NCBI GenBank assembly: GCA_016777595.1
Contig: JADHRE010000001.1
Location: forward strand, 1 to 54,401
Length of the DNA stretch: 54,401 nt
Source of the DNA: Candidatus Pelagibacter sp.
Lineage (GTDB): Bacteria > Pseudomonadota > Alphaproteobacteria > Pelagibacterales > Pelagibacteraceae
Reading direction: 5' to 3'
Made by a program: the position numbers and the translations under genes. Shown one piece after another: positions 52,385 through 54,401 of the stretch. Each line of letters starts with the position of its first letter. Positions within the stretch are counted from its first letter, which is position 1. The notes under the pieces are model-generated. The model saw only the letters and a program-made list of their open reading frames with translations, did no database searches and was not told the origin of the DNA.

Positions 52385-53591
52385 AAATATAAAAAAAGAA
52401 TTTCCAATTTTTTCTCAAAAAATTAATGGGAAACCTTTGGTATATCTCGATAGTGCAAATTCTTCACAAAAACCAAAGTTGGTAATTGACAAGATTTCAA
52501 ACTTTTATGAAACCGAGTTCTCAAATGTTGGAAGAAGCGTTCATACTCTAGCGGTTAAAGCCACAAATAGATTTGAAGCTACTAGAGATAAAGTCCAAAA
52601 ATATCTAAATGCTAAACATAGGGAAGAAATAATTTTCACTAAAAGTGCGACCGAGTCAATTAATTTGGTGGCATCATCATTTGGAAAAAAACATATCAAT
52701 AAAGGAGATGAAATTTTAATTACTGAACTAGAGCACCACTCAAATTATGTTCCATGGCATTACTTGAGATCTGAAAAGGGGGCAATAATTAAATTTGCTC
52801 CAGTTAATGAAGATGGGGATGTCGAAATAAATTCAATTAAAAATTTAATAACCGATAAAACAAAAATTATTGCTATAACACACATATCAAATGTAACAGG
52901 AGCCATCTTACCTATTACAAAAATTGTTGATCTTGCAAAAGAACAAAATATTCCCGTTTTGATAGATGGCACCCAAGGAGCTCCACATTGTAATATAGAT
53001 ATGCAAAAAATTGATTGTGATTTTTACGCAATTTCATGCCATAAAATGTACGGACCAAATGGCCTTGGAATTTTATACATGAAAAAAAAATGGGTAGACG
53101 ATTTACCTCCGTATCAAGGAGGTGGAGGAATGATTAATGAGGTAAAAAAAGAAGATATTACTTTTGCGGAGGAAAATACAAAATTTGAAGCTGGAACAAT
53201 GCAAACTGCAGAAGTCGTTTCTTTTGCAGAGTCATTAAATTTTATTGAAAAATTAGGTATTAACAATATCGCTTCACATGAAAATGAAATTTTAGAATAT
53301 GGTTTAGAAAAATTAAGAAAAAATAACTCAATTAAAATTATTGGAAATCCAAAAAGTAGAGGATCCGTTTTATGTTTTACCTTAAAAGATATTCACCCTC
53401 ATGATATAGCAACTATTCTTGACGAAGACGGAGTTGCAATACGAGCTGGACATCATTGCTGTCAAATTTTACATGACAAACTTGGCATTAATGCTACTGC
53501 AAGAGCTTCTATTGGAGTTTATAACGACAAAGAAGATATAGATAAATTATCGGATGCAATTAAAAATTGCCAGAAGGTATTTCAGATTTAG
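52374..53591 (+). CDS. sufS: SufS-type cysteine desulfurase
   Basis: YLDSA..QKP, EHHSN.VPW, PLP-binding lysine in SCHK, GGGM, HPHD, RAGHHC. Confidence 0.93.
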   Translation: MDIKNIKKEFPIFSQKINGKPLVYLDSANSSQKPKLVIDKISNFYETEFSNVGRSVHTLAVKATNRFEATRDKVQKYLNAKHREEIIFTKSATESINLVASSFGKKHINKGDEILITELEHHSNYVPWHYLRSEKGAIIKFAPVNEDGDVEINSIKNLITDKTKIIAITHISNVTGAILPITKIVDLAKEQNIPVLIDGTQGAPHCNIDMQKIDCDFYAISCHKMYGPNGLGILYMKKKWVDDLPPYQGGGGMINEVKKEDITFAEENTKFEAGTMQTAEVVSFAESLNFIEKLGINNIASHENEILEYGLEKLRKNNSIKIIGNPKSRGSVLCFTLKDIHPHDIATILDEDGVAIRAGHHCCQILHDKLGINATARASIGVYNDKEDIDKLSDAIKNCQKVFQI

Positions 53592-54032
53592 ATGGAACTT
53601 AAAGAGCTATATCAAGAAATAATTTTAGATCACGGAAAAAACCCTAGAAACAAAGGCAAGTGTGAAGGTTTTACTAATGATGCAAAAGCACACAATCCAT
53701 TGTGTGGTGATAAAGTTCATATTTATTTAAAACTTAATAAAGATAAACAAATTGAAAATTTAAGTTTTGAAGGAGAAGGTTGTGCAATATCTTTAGCTTC
53801 AGCATCTATTCTTACTGAAACAGTAAAGGGAAAAGATTTATCGTTTATTAAAAAAATTAGTGAGGATTTTATAAAGATGATCAAAAATAAAACAAAGATT
53901 ACTATTAATAGTTTAACTGCAGACCAAATTACTACTATAGCCTCTTTGTCAGGTGTTCAAGAATTTCCAATGAGGGTCAAATGTGCCACAATGGCGTGGC
54001 ATACATTACTCTCAGCAATAGAAAAAAAATGA
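53592..54032 (+). CDS. sufU: SUF-system NifU-family protein SufU
   Basis: LYQEIILDH..NPRN, NPLCGD, GCAIS.AS, RVKCA. Confidence 0.92.
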   Translation: MELKELYQEIILDHGKNPRNKGKCEGFTNDAKAHNPLCGDKVHIYLKLNKDKQIENLSFEGEGCAISLASASILTETVKGKDLSFIKKISEDFIKMIKNKTKITINSLTADQITTIASLSGVQEFPMRVKCATMAWHTLLSAIEKK

Positions 54033-54331
54033 CAGACTTAAAAGAGAAAATTGTTACAGAGATTAAGAAGATTTATGATCCAGAAATACCAGTAAACATA
54101 TATGAACTTGGTTTAATTTATAAAATAGACGTCAAAGATGCTAAAAAGGTAACAATAGAAATGACCTTAACTTCACCAAATTGTCCTGTAGCCGAAAGTT
54201 TGCCTAAAATGGTTAAAGATAATATACTAAAGCTTGCTGGTGTTGATGATGTTGACTTAAAATTAGTTTGGAACCCCCCATGGACTAAAGATAAAATGTC
54301 TGAAGCAGCAAAATTAGAATTAAATTTATGA
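54029..54331 (+). CDS. DUF59 / SufT-like Fe-S assembly protein
   Basis: IYDPEIPVNIYELGLIY, MTLTSPNCPVA, PPW..DKMS. Start MTDL at 54029. Confidence 0.92.
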   Translation: MTDLKEKIVTEIKKIYDPEIPVNIYELGLIYKIDVKDAKKVTIEMTLTSPNCPVAESLPKMVKDNILKLAGVDDVDLKLVWNPPWTKDKMSEAAKLELNL

Positions 54332-54401
54332 GTGAACAAATTATAAAACTTAGCCAAAATGCAGCCGAAAGAATAAAAACAATTATGTCTAAAGCTGAAG
54401 A
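54328..54401 (+). CDS. A-type Fe-S carrier SufA/IscA (5' fragment)
   Basis: MSEQIIKLSQNAAERIKTIMSKAE, a HesB-family-like N-terminus; ATGA overlap with the preceding gene. Confidence 0.7.
   Translation, partial: MSEQIIKLSQNAAERIKTIMSKAE

Noticed and set aside
1-54401. tRNA/rRNA genes, riboswitches, CRISPR arrays, IS elements, prophage or defence genes
   Set aside because: All intergenic gaps are under about 150 nt and AT-rich without GC stems or spaced repeats, and no integrase, transposase or defence-nuclease motifs were recognised.

Overview
AT-rich, very gene-dense core-genome segment of a streamlined alphaproteobacterium. Gene order, near-absent intergenic space and Lys/Asn/Ile-rich proteins point to SAR11/Pelagibacterales (inference). 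About 50 CDS: partial icd; psd-pssA-rlmE-guaB-TPR-guaA-panB-YfgM-like-BamB-like; purF-cvpA-MMPL-dnaB-rplI-rpsR-rpsF; fabD-fabG-acpP-gmk; rsmA-pdxA-surA-lptDGF; pepA-ndk; purNM; hdaA-aspS; a stand-alone NrdJ C-terminal (TSCPD) protein; NDUFA12; accCB-aroQ; thiSG; rne; PBP1A-prfB (+1 frameshift)-AsmA-like; tyrS; anmK; and an IscR-like/SUF operon running off the end. I see no RNA genes, mobile elements, CRISPR arrays or defence loci. The best candidates for undescribed biology are: (i) an intact, catalysis-free nrdJ remnant with an unrecognised N-terminus and no C-terminal cysteines; (ii) a cysteine-free RNase E lacking the Zn-link; (iii) a SufS with altered active-site motifs paired with SufU; (iv) an MMPL/RND exporter inserted between dnaB and cvpA; (v) overlap at all eight convergent gene junctions. 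All family calls come from motif recognition by eye, not database searches.
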